Positions 39,116-52,155 of a stretch of 64,000 nt of DNA are shown here, piece by piece (within the stretch, counting starts at the first letter, position 1; each line of letters opens with the position of its first letter). Source of the stretch: Eledone cirrhosa (Eukaryota); contig OZ024740.1 in the NCBI GenBank assembly GCA_964016885.1, forward strand, positions 57,040,001 to 57,104,000, read 5' to 3'. The position numbers and the translations under genes are program-made. The notes beneath the pieces are model-generated. The model had not been told where the DNA came from. It did no database searches and was given only the letters and a program-made list of their open reading frames with translations.

Positions 39116-39434
39116 CACACACACATACATATACACACATATACATATATATATATATATATATAAGCACTTTAATACATGAATACACTTACATCTAACT
39201 ATACACATCAAACATATATATATATTTACTTATTTATATACATTTTCACATATATATACATACTTATGGACGTTTTTAGACACATTCATTATCGCATATT
39301 TGTACCTATTCTCATCAGCATATCTTTTCATTATTAGTATGGTAATTTAAGGTTATTAATATATGTTGAGAAGAGATTGTTTTTATATTTTTCTAACTAG
39401 ATTAAGGTTTATATAGTTGGGGGATGTCCCTCTT

Positions 39435-40739
39435 TTATGTAATATTCGGCTTGTAGTGGGAAAAAAGGGTTTTAGTTCTGTGACGGCAGAATAATGTTCG
39501 TTCAATTCTGTTATTCAGCAGTTTCTTCTTGTGTGTGATTATGTAATAAATCTCAAGATTACACAATTTGCAGAAATTTTGGCTCCTGGAAAAGCTTTGG
39601 GTTTTAGCTAATTTTTCCCATTTTAGGGTAAACTTTTGGTCGCTATCCCTGAGCGTCCAAGCTTTTTCTGCTAAAGTTGTTACATTTCTTTGGCTCTGGT
39701 GTTTTATTGAGTAAGAATGCCTATACAATCGAGATTTAAACGATGTTGCCGTTGATCCCACGTAATACCACTCGTTGCCTCCGGATTTAATGGTACACTT
39801 ATAAATAATATTTTTTTCCAGGCAGTTATTGCCGAGGGGGCAGTTGTCAGGATAGGTGCAGTTACAGTTGTGTACGTTGGGTTTTCTCTGGAGTAGTATT
39901 GCGGACGAACTTAGGTGTGGTTTATTTATGTTCTGTAGTGTATTGTCTACTGTTTTTTTTGTGTTCTTTGTACTTAAGTTCTTAGTGTTTTCGTTTAACC
40001 TTCTAGTATTGATCTTTTTTATGTGTTGTTCAAGGTTTAACGCTGTAGAGTATGACAGTCTTATAGTGGTAGGGTTTAGGATTTTGTGGTATTTGTGTGA
40101 TGTGGGAAAATGTCTTTTAATTATTTTAAAGAAGAGTACTGGTAAATTTGTACTAATGGAGCTATTGTATTCGGGGTTATACCATAAGTACTCTTTGCAT
40201 CGCTTTCTATTAGTTTTGTTTGTTGGTTTACTGGTGTGCATACTATGGTAGTAAGTGTGGTTTGGTGTTGTGTTATTATATCTACCTATGTGGGATTTAT
40301 TTTGGGTGTTTTGATTGTTCCCATCTATGTACTCTATTTTGTTGAGGTAGCCTGCTTTACTAAGGGCGTTATCGTAGTACTCGGCGTGTTCCTTAAATAC
40401 TTGTATGTTAGAAGATAGACCCGAGATTCTAAGGGAAATATTTTTAGGGATAGATTTAATTATAGAGATGGGGTGGTTAGACCCAACATTTACGTATTTG
40501 AGATTTTCATTCAATTTATGAAACGGTTTAATCAAACCAGAGTTTAAATTGAGTGTGACATCCAGGAAGTTAACTACTTTAAGGTTGTATTCATATGTTA
40601 TAGTTAGTCCTATTTCGAGTAGTAGATTTCTTATATCTTTGCGTAGTTTTTCTAGTTTTTGGTTATTAAGGTTTTTAGCTAGGAGGAGAACATCGTCGCG
40701 GTATATTCCGCCGTGGAGATTGCTGAATTTTTCCTGGAG
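39435..40739 (-). CDS. PLE RT C-terminal half plus GIY-YIG endonuclease (5'-truncated, frame open)
   Basis: The frame extends upstream of the called ORF through GGIYRDDVLL and NFLDVTLNL; CNCTYPDNCPLGNNC, IIYKC..YYVGST, CKLCNLE, CRH. Confidence 0.88.
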   Translation of the reverse strand, partial: LQEKFSNLHGGIYRDDVLLLAKNLNNQKLEKLRKDIRNLLLEIGLTITYEYNLKVVNFLDVTLNLNSGLIKPFHKLNENLKYVNVGSNHPISIIKSIPKNISLRISGLSSNIQVFKEHAEYYDNALSKAGYLNKIEYIDGNNQNTQNKSHIGRYNNTTPNHTYYHSMHTSKPTNKTNRKRCKEYLWYNPEYNSSISTNLPVLFFKIIKRHFPTSHKYHKILNPTTIRLSYSTALNLEQHIKKINTRRLNENTKNLSTKNTKKTVDNTLQNINKPHLSSSAILLQRKPNVHNCNCTYPDNCPLGNNCLEKNIIYKCTIKSGGNEWYYVGSTATSFKSRLYRHSYSIKHQSQRNVTTLAEKAWTLRDSDQKFTLKWEKLAKTQSFSRSQNFCKLCNLEIYYIITHKKKLLNNRIERTLFCRHRTKTLFSHYKPNIT

Positions 40740-41549
40740 TCAAACCACACCTAAGTTCGTCCGCAATACTACTCCAGAGAAAACCCAACGTACACAACTG
40801 TAACTGCACCTATCCTGACAACTGCCCCCTCGGCAATAACTGCCTGGAAAAAAATATTATTTATAAGTGTACCATTAAATCCGGAGGCAACGAGTGGTAT
40901 TACGTGGGATCAACGGCAACATCGTTTAAATCTCGATTGTATAGGCATTCTTACTCAATAAAACACCAGAGCCAAAGAAATGTAACAACTTTAGCAGAAA
41001 AAGCTTGGACGCTCAGGGATAGCGACCAAAAGTTTACCCTAAAATGGGAAAAATTAGCTAAAACCCAAAGCTTTTCCAGGAGCCAAAATTTCTGCAAATT
41101 GTGTAATCTTGAGATTTATTACATAATCACACACAAGAAGAAACTGCTGAATAACAGAATTGAACGAACATTATTCTGCCGTCACAGAACTAAAACCCTT
41201 TTTTCCCACTACAAGCCGAATATTACATAAAAGAGGGACATCCCCCAACTATATAAACCTTAATCTAGTTAGAAAAATATAAAAACAATCTCTTCTCAAC
41301 ATATATTAATAACCTTAAATTACCATACTAATAATGAAAAGATATGCTGATGAGAATAGGTACAAATATGCGATAATGAATGTGTCTAAAAACGTCCATA
41401 AGTATGTATATATATGTGAAAATGTATATAAATAAGTAAATATATATATATGTTTGATGTGTATAGTTAGATGTAAGTGTATTCATGTATTAAAGTGCTT
41501 ATATATATATATATATATATGTATATGTGTGTATATGTATGTGTGTGTG

Positions 41550-41618
<69 letters not shown>

Positions 41619-42204
41619 ATATGTATGTATATATATATATGTATGTATATATGTGTATATGGATGTGTAAGTATGTGTATGTGTGTACACATGGACTAGA
41701 GTATGTATGTATATATGTGTGTGTCTATACGTGTGTATATAAAGATAAGTTGAGTATGAAAATGTATACACATGAGCGCGTATGTATGTACATGAATACA
41801 TGTGTGTATATATATGTGTATGCATGTGTATATATATGTAAGTATGAATATGTGAATTGTGAGTATATGTATTTTGTAGAGGTGTGCAAATATATTTGTG
41901 TGTGAATGCGTGGGTGAAAGGATACGTACACTTGAAAGAAAAATTTAAATCTGAATGTTAATTAAGTGCAAACACAAAACCAACCACGCATATCTTTACT
42001 ATCTCTAATCCTTCTATAGATTTAGAAAAATAACCAATAATATATTCTATAAAAAATGTCAAAACAACAGATGGGAATCTAATTACTCACTGCCACCAAG
42101 AATTCTCACTGCTATCGAAAAACCACTCCTTCAACTATTCTTCTAACAACTTCACCCCTCCCTCCTAATATTCTCTATAAAAACTAAATAGGTCCTCAGT
42201 AATA

Positions 42205-42321
42205 TTATTCTGATGAAATGACAGTAAATAATAACATTGAAATATTGAATGTCTGCATAACTAAAAGTTTGTAGATAGCTGTTTTAGGTTATGTAACTGT
42301 TATAGAAACACGTGTCAATAA
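42205..42321 (+). ncRNA. hammerhead ribozyme, extended stem II
   Basis: TTATT-CTGATGA-A ATGACAGT...ACTGTTAT A-GAAACACGTGTC-AATAA. Confidence 0.8.
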
Positions 42322-42355
42322 ATTCCTTTCAACTAAACTGTATCCATTCAAATCT

Positions 42356-42413
<58 letters not shown>

Positions 42414-42426
42414 ATATATATGTGTA

Positions 42427-42526
<100 letters not shown>

Positions 42527-42996
42527 GAGTGAGAGAGATAGGGAGATGGATAGATAGATAGATAAATGGATAAATATCATACATCGGGATTATGTCAGGA
42601 ATCAGGTTGTAGATATGCGTGGAAGCGTTTCAACATGTTATAATATACAATACTTTTAGGAAATAACGCAAATGTGAGTGTAGTAACTTTATATGAGTGT
42701 TTTTATTTAATGGTTTACATGAAATTATTTCATTTTCAACACGCAATCTCAGATTAAGTGACTTGCTAAACACGTACAACTCTGAAAAGTCAATATGTTT
42801 ACTGTGAAGTGAAACGTCAAGGAATCCTGTTGTGTGTGTCTCTCACTAGGCAGATAACAAATTGTGTAATGGAAATGATAGAAACGATATAATTTATTCC
42901 TATTATATAAATAGGTTTTAATCTTATTGTCTGTTACAACTGCGGTATTTCATAAATGACTTTTTTTTTCTGACTCTAACATTGCGGCCTTGTATT

Positions 42997-43182
42997 TACG
43001 ATGGTCGGCTGAAAGTTCATAAGCTGAACAAGATACTCTCATGGAATAACCAAATGAGGTTTATTTTTCAACAAAGTCCCTGGAAAAAAATAAGAAGATA
43101 TGAAATTAATGCATGCAAGAATTCATAGCTCTAGCATCACTCCTTAATAACCAACCTATAAACGTATCAGCCCACCCTCATG
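42997..43182. mobile_element. mariner-like MITE remnant
   Basis: Imperfect TIRs TACGATGGTCGGCTGAAAGTTCATAAG and CCTATAAACGTATCAGCCCACCCTCATG. Confidence 0.55.
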
Positions 43183-43518
43183 TGTTAGAAATAATTCAAT
43201 AATTTGCTTTGTGCACAGTCGTCGCCTTTGAATTTGTTTCTCTCTCGGTATTAAACATTTTTGGGTATCTAGGGTGTTCGCTTTTCTTCGTTGAACCAAC
43301 GTTCCAGTTATAATCTTCTCAATTTCCTATTTTGCAAAATGCTTCTGGCACAATATTTTACAGCATGTTTTGTTTCTAAGACGATGAGGTAGAATTTGTA
43401 GAAGATTTGGATGGCAGCTCTAATTCTAGTAAATTTAGCTACCGCACAGAGCCCCATGAGAGCGTACAATGTTTCCAACAACATCATATATACACATACA
43501 CATTTATCTATCTATCTA

Positions 43519-44232
<714 letters not shown>

Positions 44233-44899
44233 TGTGTGGGGTTGTTGTATGTATGTGTTTTTACAGTTTGTCTGTTAAAGCCACCTTGTAGAGGGGAATT
44301 ACGAAAAAAATATTTTCTCTCAAAAATTCAGAAAATTGGCAAAAGTTAAGAGCTGAAATCCAAAGGATTTGCAGAATCCAAAAATTAAAAAATTAAAGAA
44401 GTTAAGAGAACTCTTCCTAAAAACTTGAAAAAATACCTTTCAAAAGAAACTTTAAAAAATCTTTCCCTCCAAAAAATGTTCTCTAAAAGAAATTATATAG
44501 ATATATATATAGGTATAAGAGTGTGTGTGTGTGTGTGCGAGTGTGTGGGAGTGAGGGCTTTATATGTGTGAGTGTGTGAATGTGTTTGTAGACATCTGAC
44601 CATAGGCATTGTTAGCTTAAGTGAACCTTAAAAATCAGCAGTGGGTCCCAGTGTTTGGCATATGAAAGAGAAATATTCCCCTAACTGTAACACAACTGTA
44701 TCATAGATAATTTTTCAAGTATAATATCTGATAGAAAAATGGAGTGCTACATGTAGAATAATGTGTGCTATCTGGTAATACATTGGTATTAGCAATTATA
44801 CAGAAACTCATAAAAACATGACTTTGTACCATACTCATTCAGACATTTACCATACTATATGAAAGTGTTTGATTTTTTTTTATAATAAATTTGTTTTGT

Positions 44900-45040
44900 A
44901 GATAACTCATACTCCTGCAACCTTTCATAACACGTCCCGTGGAACGCGGTCATATGCCTTTTCAAGGTCTATGAAACAAGTATATACCTGTTGACAATGC
45001 TCCCACAATTTGTTGCAGACTTGACGCAGTGTGAATATAA
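44900..45040 (-). mobile_element. old RTE-like RT fragment
   Basis: IFTLRQVCNKLWEHCQQVYTCFIDLEKAYDRVPR. Confidence 0.7.
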
Positions 45041-45202
45041 GGGTAGGAGAAAGTCGATTAAATTGACCCCAGTGTATTACTGGTGCTTTATTTCATCGAC
45101 CCCCTAAAGATGAAAGGCAAAGCTAACCTCCGCGAGATTGAACTCAGATAGTAAAGGGCCGTTACTCTATGCTGAAAAGCATGTTGTCCGACGCTCTATC
45201 GA
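45041..45202 (-). mobile_element. SINE (family A)
   Basis: Minus strand GAGTTCAATCTC..TTTGCCTTTCATCTTTAGGGGGTCGATGAAAT. Confidence 0.75.
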
Positions 45203-45204
45203 CA

Positions 45205-45600
45205 ATGGCTGACCTAGTTTTCCAAATGTCGTGGCTGCCGTGCCAATCCTAATTTTGATTTCTTCATTTAAAGATATCAATGAGCCCAAATAGGAAATCC
45301 TATCAACTGTTATCAGTGATAATCAATCTATCAAGATGTTAACAGCAGCAGGCTTTCTTTTGTAGGACATTAGTGAAAAGATTGCTTATTATAAAGAAAG
45401 TTTATCAATCATTTCTGGCAGGGTGACTCACAGTTAGCAACAAGTAGTACATGCTCAGCAAACAGCAGATCCCGAAAAGCGGACATTGATACATGGGAGG
45501 CATCTGTTCTTCTATAGAGGAGAGCTTCATCAGATGATTTCTTGAATGCCGACTGTAGTATCAAAATGTATTGCTTGTCTATGTTATTGAATCTCAACAT
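45205..45600 (-). mobile_element. old RTE-like RT fragment
   Basis: FRDLLFAEHVLLVA resembles the RTE RDLLYADD..LVA motif. Confidence 0.45.
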
Positions 45601-45635
45601 TAAACAGATATATACTTACATACGTACATATATAC

Positions 45636-45716
45636 ATGATGGCTGCCCCTCGTTATCCAGTAAGGCCATTGCACTAGAAAACAAAAAAAAAATAAATAAA
45701 AATAAAAAATAAAAAA

Positions 45717-45760
<44 letters not shown>

Positions 45761-45818
45761 TACATACATACATATATACACATACATACACATACACATA
45801 CATACACATATTAATAAC

Positions 45819-45848
<30 letters not shown>
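45636..45848 (-). mobile_element. 3' end/UTR of an RTE of the same family as 6662-9368, interrupted by the L1/Tx1 array
   Basis: CATGATGGCTGCCCCTCGTTATC.AGTA.GGCCATTGCAC, A-rich tract, (TA)n, (CA/TACA)n and TTAATAAC(AAT)n are collinear with 6663-6918. Confidence 0.88.
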
Positions 45849-45850
<2 letters not shown>

Positions 45851-46098
45851 TTTCTTTATTAACCACAAGGGTTTACATAAAGTAGACATTAAGGAGAGTG
45901 CAGGACAATACAGGACGGTACAAATGGGCATTTCTGCGTGTAAAAAACAAAAACAGAGGATGTAACAAAAAATAACAATGAAAAATTCCCCAATAGGGGG
46001 GAGACTTCGGAGGGACATTTGTGGAAAAAGCCCAGTAAAAGGTCACAGTGACCCTGACCACCAAGGCAAGTGCCCTCTCCCAGTTTTCCACCTTTAAT

Positions 46099-49000
46099 TT
46101 ACAGATACGTACTCAGAGTAGGCCCATTCACTAGGGCCATTCTTGCTTCTCTCACCCATCTTTCAACAAAATGCTGGGAAGAGAGCACTTCCCTTTCTAC
46201 TCTGATTTTCCTTTTCAAATGAAATTTGAAAAAGTCAATCAGGGCATCACCGAAGAGGTAAGTGCTCGCCTTCAGCCCTTTCAAACGTGTCCACCATACT
46301 ATCTCTTTCGCCATGGCCACCAGACAGATAAAAACTGCCTGCCCTTCCCGGCTAAAGGAAGAGGGCGGGGCAATCCTCACGATGGACTCAGATGATAGCC
46401 GGATCCGTCCTACACGCGACAGCAGGTGTTCGACATAAACCCACAAGTCAGCAATTTTCGGACACTGGACGAGTGCGTGCAGGACGGTTTCGTCGCCCTG
46501 CGCGCATCCCGGACATGCCCGGCTGACGGCACCTCCATGCCTGTAGAGTTTATCCCGAACTGGCAAGGCTCCTCGGTAGCACTGCCAGGCCAGAGATTTC
46601 TGGAAATTGTCCATAGGTCCCGGCCCGAAAGTTCTTCCGAAGAGATTGGCTAGTTGATTTTCGTCGACGCCTAGAGTTTATCCAAGTACGTCGTCGCTCT
46701 TCCCCTCCACTAATCCTCTATAGAACGCCGAGGTGGAGTTTCCACCGATCACATTGCCCGATTGGTCGAGGGCTGTGAGCGCCTGAAGACATTCCAGTCT
46801 CCAGGCGCTCCCTCTCGGTCTTCGCTTGACCCAGGACTGCAGCTCCGTCAAGGAAACGAGCTGGGGAAATACGCGTCTAGCAAACGGCGACCACACCTGA
46901 TCACCGTCGAGGAAGAGGTGGAGATGTCGTAGCCTGAGCGCGTGTCTGGGCATCATCAGCCACGGCATGCCCAGCCCTCCACGTAGCGGGTGTTGACAGC
47001 AGATGGACCGCCTGACCATCGGAGCACGTCCCTTCCACAAAAAGCGAAAAAGCAAACGCTCCAGCGCAGTCAGGCGGGGCTTAGGACAAGGTACGACGGT
47101 CAGGCGGTAGCAGATGACAGACGCGATGTACGCGTTAGCCACTTCCGCTCGACCTTTCAGGGATAGCTTCCTCTCCGCCCATTTCTGGGTGAGAGAAGCC
47201 ACCCTGCTCGTCACCTCGTCCCAGTTATTGTCCGTCTGGAGGTCCGGACCGAACCAGACCCCTAGCAATTTAACCAGTCCGTCTGTCCAGCGTCCGACGA
47301 CGCTGTTGGACGGCATGGACCTGCTTCTCCAGGTACCGAGCTGCAGGCCCACTGACTTTTCCTGGTTGATCATTGCTCCTGTCACCGCTTCGTATTCTCT
47401 TAGTGTAGTGCCGATCGCCTCGATGTGTTTGGCGTTCGACACCACTACGGTGACATCGTCCGCATATTCTGACACGGATCTTCCGCATCCTAGTTCGCGC
47501 GGGACGCCCCTCAACGTCTCCAGTTTGTGTAGTAATGGCTCGAGAGTCAATACGTACAAGAGGGACGAGATGGGACATCCTTGGCGGACCGAGCGCATGA
47601 TGTTGAACGGTTCCGAAAGGTGACCGTTCACTCTCACCACAGAGCAGATGTCGCTGTGCATGGCAGCGATCCAGCCTCTGAAGACGGGCCCAAAGCCAGC
47701 CGCTCTCAGGACTGCCGCTAGGTAACGATGGTCGACCCTATCGAAAGCTTTCGACTGATCTAAATTGATCAAGGACCCACCCGTTCCAGGTTCCCTAGCT
47801 ACCCTCTCTACGATGTATCGCATGAAGTTGAGGTTGTCGTGGATGGATCTGTCGGAATGGCGCATGTCTGCGCCTCTGCCACCAGACCACCAACGACAAG
47901 CGCCAACCTCTTTGCTAGCATCTTGGCCAAAATCTTGAACTCTGTGTTTAGCAGAGTTATGGGCTTGAAATTATCTATGTTATCCCCCTTGTTCGGATCC
48001 TTTCTCAGCAGTGCCACCGCTCCTCGGCTCACAGAGCTGGGAATCCTCCCGTTCTGTTGCCAGTTGCAGTAGACGTCCGCCAAGAGGCCTCCAAACAAGT
48101 CTGGCATCTGTACGTAAAGTTCATAGGGCAGACCATCCAAACCAGGCGATTTACCCCTTGTGCAGCCACTCATTGCCTCCCTTACTTCAGCGGCTGTTAT
48201 CGGCTTTTCGCAACACTCCGCCTCAGTGGCCGAGAGCCGCGGCAGTCCGTCGAGGTAAACACTAAAGTCAATCCCTCGACCCGGCCCACTGCTGCCCCCG
48301 AACATCTGAGCGAAGTGTCGCTGAAAAGCTTCACACATTTGCCCGGGATCGAGTAGCATGTGCCCGTCGTGGTCCACCAAAGACCGGATCGTGGCTTTGT
48401 TTCCACGACGCGCCTCCGCCACTCGGGCCAATTGAACGGCTTTCGTCCCCTCTTGTCTGAGAGCACGCACCCTAGCTCTGACAACGCAGCCTTCGTGCTT
48501 TGCATTGAAGAATTGGTCAAGGGCCAATTTCGCCGCAATCATGTCGGTCGCGATGCCTTTGCTAAGCGCCTCGTCAAATTTCCTAACTAGTTCTCCCTCT
48601 GCTCTATTTTTCTCTATTGCTAAAGCCTTACTAAACCTAATGGATTCTATTCTAATCGCTCTTTTCAGAGCAAACCACCACTTGTTGTTGACGATGGCCC
48701 CCGTCAGCGCCCGCTTAACTAGTTCGCTAATCCGGTCTCTGTAGGCTTTGCGCGCTGGTAAGGACGCGTTTAGCTTCCAGTAGCCGGGTCCTCGTCTATG
48801 AAGTCTATCTAAGTCAAGCACACAGATCACGAATTTGTGGTCCGTGTAGCTGACTATCTTGAATTGTGGACAGCCTATGCTAGACCCATCTATTTCCCTA
48901 CAAAATACTCTATCTACATATGATCTGGATGACCCTATGCGATTTGTCCAAGTCCACATTGGCACATTCGGGAAATCCAATCGGTACCTGTCAGACAGTT

Positions 49001-49517
49001 CAAAACGCCTGAGCAGGTTGGTGAGGCTCTTGCACCCTCCACCCCTATCCGCTAATCCCACACAGTCCCAGCGTGCATCTAAGATCCCGTTCCAGTCGCC
49101 CACTAACACTAAAGAGCGCGACGTTCCAAGAAAGGTCTCCAGACGCCGGAAGAAATCAGGCCGCCCTGCTCCTGTCGGGGCATAGACGGCCACTAGCCTG
49201 AAAGCTTTCCCGTCTCCGCTGGTCACGTCCAGCACCACCAACTTACTCTCTGGGTCCAGGAAGATGGCCCGTATGGCGCGATCCAAACTTCTCCGAAAAA
49301 GCACAGCAACTCTTCCCCCCGATCCAGGACGGCTGGGAGATGCGTACACATCGTAGCCGCCGAAGATCGGTGCGAAGGCCCGTCCTTCGGAGATTCTGGT
49401 CTCGCTGATGGCCACTACATCTATGTTTAGTGACCTGAGGTCGTTGAGCAGGTGACCCTGCTTCCATGACGACCCCAAGCCACGCGCATTTATGCTGCCT
49501 ATTCTGAGTGAGGTCAT
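46099..49517 (-). pseudogene. ORF2 copy 1 (APE-RT-CCHC), two frameshifts
   Basis: Comparison with the intact 58233-61652 ORF. Confidence 0.9.
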
Positions 49518-49552
49518 GTTTAAAATAGAGTGGAAAAGATGGGAAAGACCAC

Positions 49553-51508
49553 TTACCGTACTTTTCGTAGAGGAAGGATGGTTTCTCCATCCCTTTTCAC
49601 TTGATCGTCTGGTGAAGGGACCGTTGAATCGTCCTTTCGGCTGGTCGTCGGCTCTTCTATGAGTATGTCCGAATATACTCTCCGGTTGAGAGTCCCTCCT
49701 AGGTCTCTGAAATCACCAACTGCGTTGGGGAATTTCGTTTTAATGTTTGTGTATTGTTTCTGTGCTATTTTTAGCAGACTTATGTTCGTTGGCGTTTTGA
49801 TTGGTGCTGGTAGTATGTAGTCGTGCTGTGAAATGTCTGTGTGTTCAATTATGTAAGTCATTAGTTTCTTGTTGTGTGTATTTATTGCCGTGCATTTGTT
49901 TTTCTGGGGGTGGGGTGTTGTTCTGCTATTTTCTTGTCGTTGTTGCTGGGTGTGTGTGTTTTGTTGTTGTGTTTGCGATGTTGGTGCTTGTGGTGGTGGT
50001 GTTGAAGGTGCTGTTGTTGTTGGTGGTGGTGATGGTGGTGCTAGTGTGGGTGGTGATGGTGTCGGTGGTGTTGCTGCTGTGAGTCTCTTTGCAGTATCCT
50101 TTACCCTTTTTTCATTTCTTTCCTCCCTTTTCGAAGGCGACGATGCGCTGCTTCTGCGTTTGTGCCTTCTTACGACCTTTTGCCATCCCTCTCCCACCTC
50201 ACACTCCATGTCTGATTCTGTGGAGTCGGGGAGGGGTGCTAGCTCCACTCTTTCACTTGTTGTTGTTGGTGATGTTTGCAGTGGAGTCTCTGTTGCAGCT
50301 GCATTTGGTATTACTGTTGTTGTTGTTAATACTTCCACTGCTGCTGCTGTTCTTGATTTCCGTGGCATGGGTATGGGTGCCACGGACCTATCGTTCCTGG
50401 TTGCCGCTTGTCCTGTTGCTGGTAGCCGTGGAGCCGGTTTCGGAAGGAGGGGGGTTTTCTCCTTTCTCAGGGTCTTCTCGTTGCAGAAGGCCCTGAGGTG
50501 AGTCTTCGATCCACAGCGAAAGCATTTCGGGCGTTTGCCCTCAACACTTATGGGCAGTTGAGTGTCGTTATCGAAGTCTATCACATCCGGGATAGCTTCG
50601 ATGCACTCCTGGTTGGTTTGGATTAACATCTCAATGGAGGTGCCGATCCAATCTTCTCTTACTTTTTTCTGTACTTGCAGTACAGTTGTTTTGTCCTCGA
50701 TTCCGACGAGGCCAGACGCGGTTAGCCAAGAAGGGGCCATCCCGGGGGGGACGTGGGTCAGTTTGACCCTCACAATTGTTGCCCGCAGTAGGAGGGCACC
50801 AACACTATTTCCTCGCTCATTAGGGTCACTAAGGATTGAGCCTTTGCCTCCTGGGGTGTGGCAAAAAGCACGTCTACGGTGGCATATTTCTTGCCTCGGG
50901 TGATATGCGTTTTCCGCTGCCACACAGACCCTAAGGCTTTTTTGCATTTGAGCCTCTGTGGCTCTTTCAACCCTACGGGATTTTGTGCTTACTGTACGGT
51001 ACGTGACCGTACAGTGCTGTTGGGTTTCGAACAATTTTTCCGCTGCCTTGCAGATTGCTCGGTGTCCGGTTTTCGTCACCATCTTCTTCGCTTCCTCTAA
51101 TTCTTCATTTGTTATGAGGATGGTTTCCAGGTTCTTTGCGATACCTGCAAATAAGATTGGTTTTTCTTTGCTGCTGCTGTTGTTGTTGTTGTTGTCGTCA
51201 GAGCTGCTGTTACTTTTGTTGTTGCTGCAGGTACTACGACTACTGCCGCCGGCGCTGTTGCTGTGGTTGTTGTTGTTGTTGCTGCTGCTGCTGTTGTTGT
51301 TGCTGTTGGTGCTAATGCTGTTGTTGTTTATGCTGCTGCTGATGCTGTTGCGGCTGCTACTGTTGTTTTCCTTGTCACTTTTGCTGCGGCTGCTGTTATT
51401 ACGGCTGCTACTGCTATTATTCATGACGTCAGACGAATGAAATGGGTTTTCGTATTTCCCGCACACCTTTTTCGTCGTTGTCGTCGTCGTCGTGGAGAAA
51501 TGTTGCAC
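49553..51508 (-). CDS. ORF1 copy 1 (gag-like CCHC knuckle)
   Basis: CFRCGSKTHLRAFC; true start uncertain. Confidence 0.75.
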   Translation of the reverse strand: MQHFSTTTTTTTKKVCGKYENPFHSSDVMNNSSSSRNNSSRSKSDKENNSSSRNSISSSINNNSISTNSNNNSSSSNNNNNHSNSAGGSSRSTCSNNKSNSSSDDNNNNNSSSKEKPILFAGIAKNLETILITNEELEEAKKMVTKTGHRAICKAAEKLFETQQHCTVTYRTVSTKSRRVERATEAQMQKSLRVCVAAENAYHPRQEICHRRRAFCHTPGGKGSILSDPNERGNSVGALLLRATIVRVKLTHVPPGMAPSWLTASGLVGIEDKTTVLQVQKKVREDWIGTSIEMLIQTNQECIEAIPDVIDFDNDTQLPISVEGKRPKCFRCGSKTHLRAFCNEKTLRKEKTPLLPKPAPRLPATGQAATRNDRSVAPIPMPRKSRTAAAVEVLTTTTVIPNAAATETPLQTSPTTTSERVELAPLPDSTESDMECEVGEGWQKVVRRHKRRSSASSPSKREERNEKRVKDTAKRLTAATPPTPSPPTLAPPSPPPTTTAPSTPPPQAPTSQTQQQNTHTQQQRQENSRTTPHPQKNKCTAINTHNKKLMTYIIEHTDISQHDYILPAPIKTPTNISLLKIAQKQYTNIKTKFPNAVGDFRDLGGTLNRRVYSDILIEEPTTSRKDDSTVPSPDDQVKRDGETILPLRKVR

Positions 51509-52155
51509 GCTTTCTACGTGATTTTACTTTACTGGCGTGGCTTGCGAAAGAGAAGGGAGGGAGAGAGACAATCTTCTCTCTGCTGTAGTGACGATTGAGG
51601 AAGAAGAAGACGGAATGAGTGACCTATGAAAATTCTTTTTCGTAGCCATGTTTTTTTTTGTTTAAAATAAATATTGGGCACAAAACCCCAATAAGCGGTT
51701 ATTTAACCCCGAAGGGCCAAATAACGGGCAGAAAGACCCCTCTCACGAGGAGGAGGGTGTTTTTGTCTACAATTTGGTTAAAGTTTTAAACAATTTACAA
51801 TTGTTATAGCGGTCAAAATTTACAATACCTTACAGAGCCGCGCCTCCGTCAACCATAGCATTCAATAATAATAATAATAATAATAATAACAACGATAATA
51901 ATAACGATTTCTTTATTAACCACAAGGGTTTACATAAAGTAGACATTAAGGACAGTGCAGGACAATGCAGGACGGTACAAATGGGCATTTCTGCGTGTAA
52001 AAAACAAAAACAGAGGATGTAACAAAAAATAACAATGAAAAATTCCCCAATAGGGGGGAGACTTCGGAGGGACATTTGTGGAGAAAGCCCAGTAAAAAGC
52101 CACAATGACCCTGACCACCAAGGCAAGTGCCCTCTCCCAGTTTTCCACCTTTAAT

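Larger units (their letters stand above)
38301..42360 (-). mobile_element. young Naiad-like PLE with a ~1.62-kb inverted copy of its 3' end
   Basis: Arms 38301-39923 and 40742-42360 are near-identical reverse complements; the spacer 39924-40741 is coding. Confidence 0.93.
45849..51863 (-). mobile_element. L1/Tx1-like non-LTR retrotransposon copy 1 (full length, ORF2 frameshifted)
   Basis: ORF1 49553-51508; ORF2 broken into 47808-49517, 46678-47865 and 46099-46614; AATAAA just before the (TTA)n tract. Confidence 0.95.
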
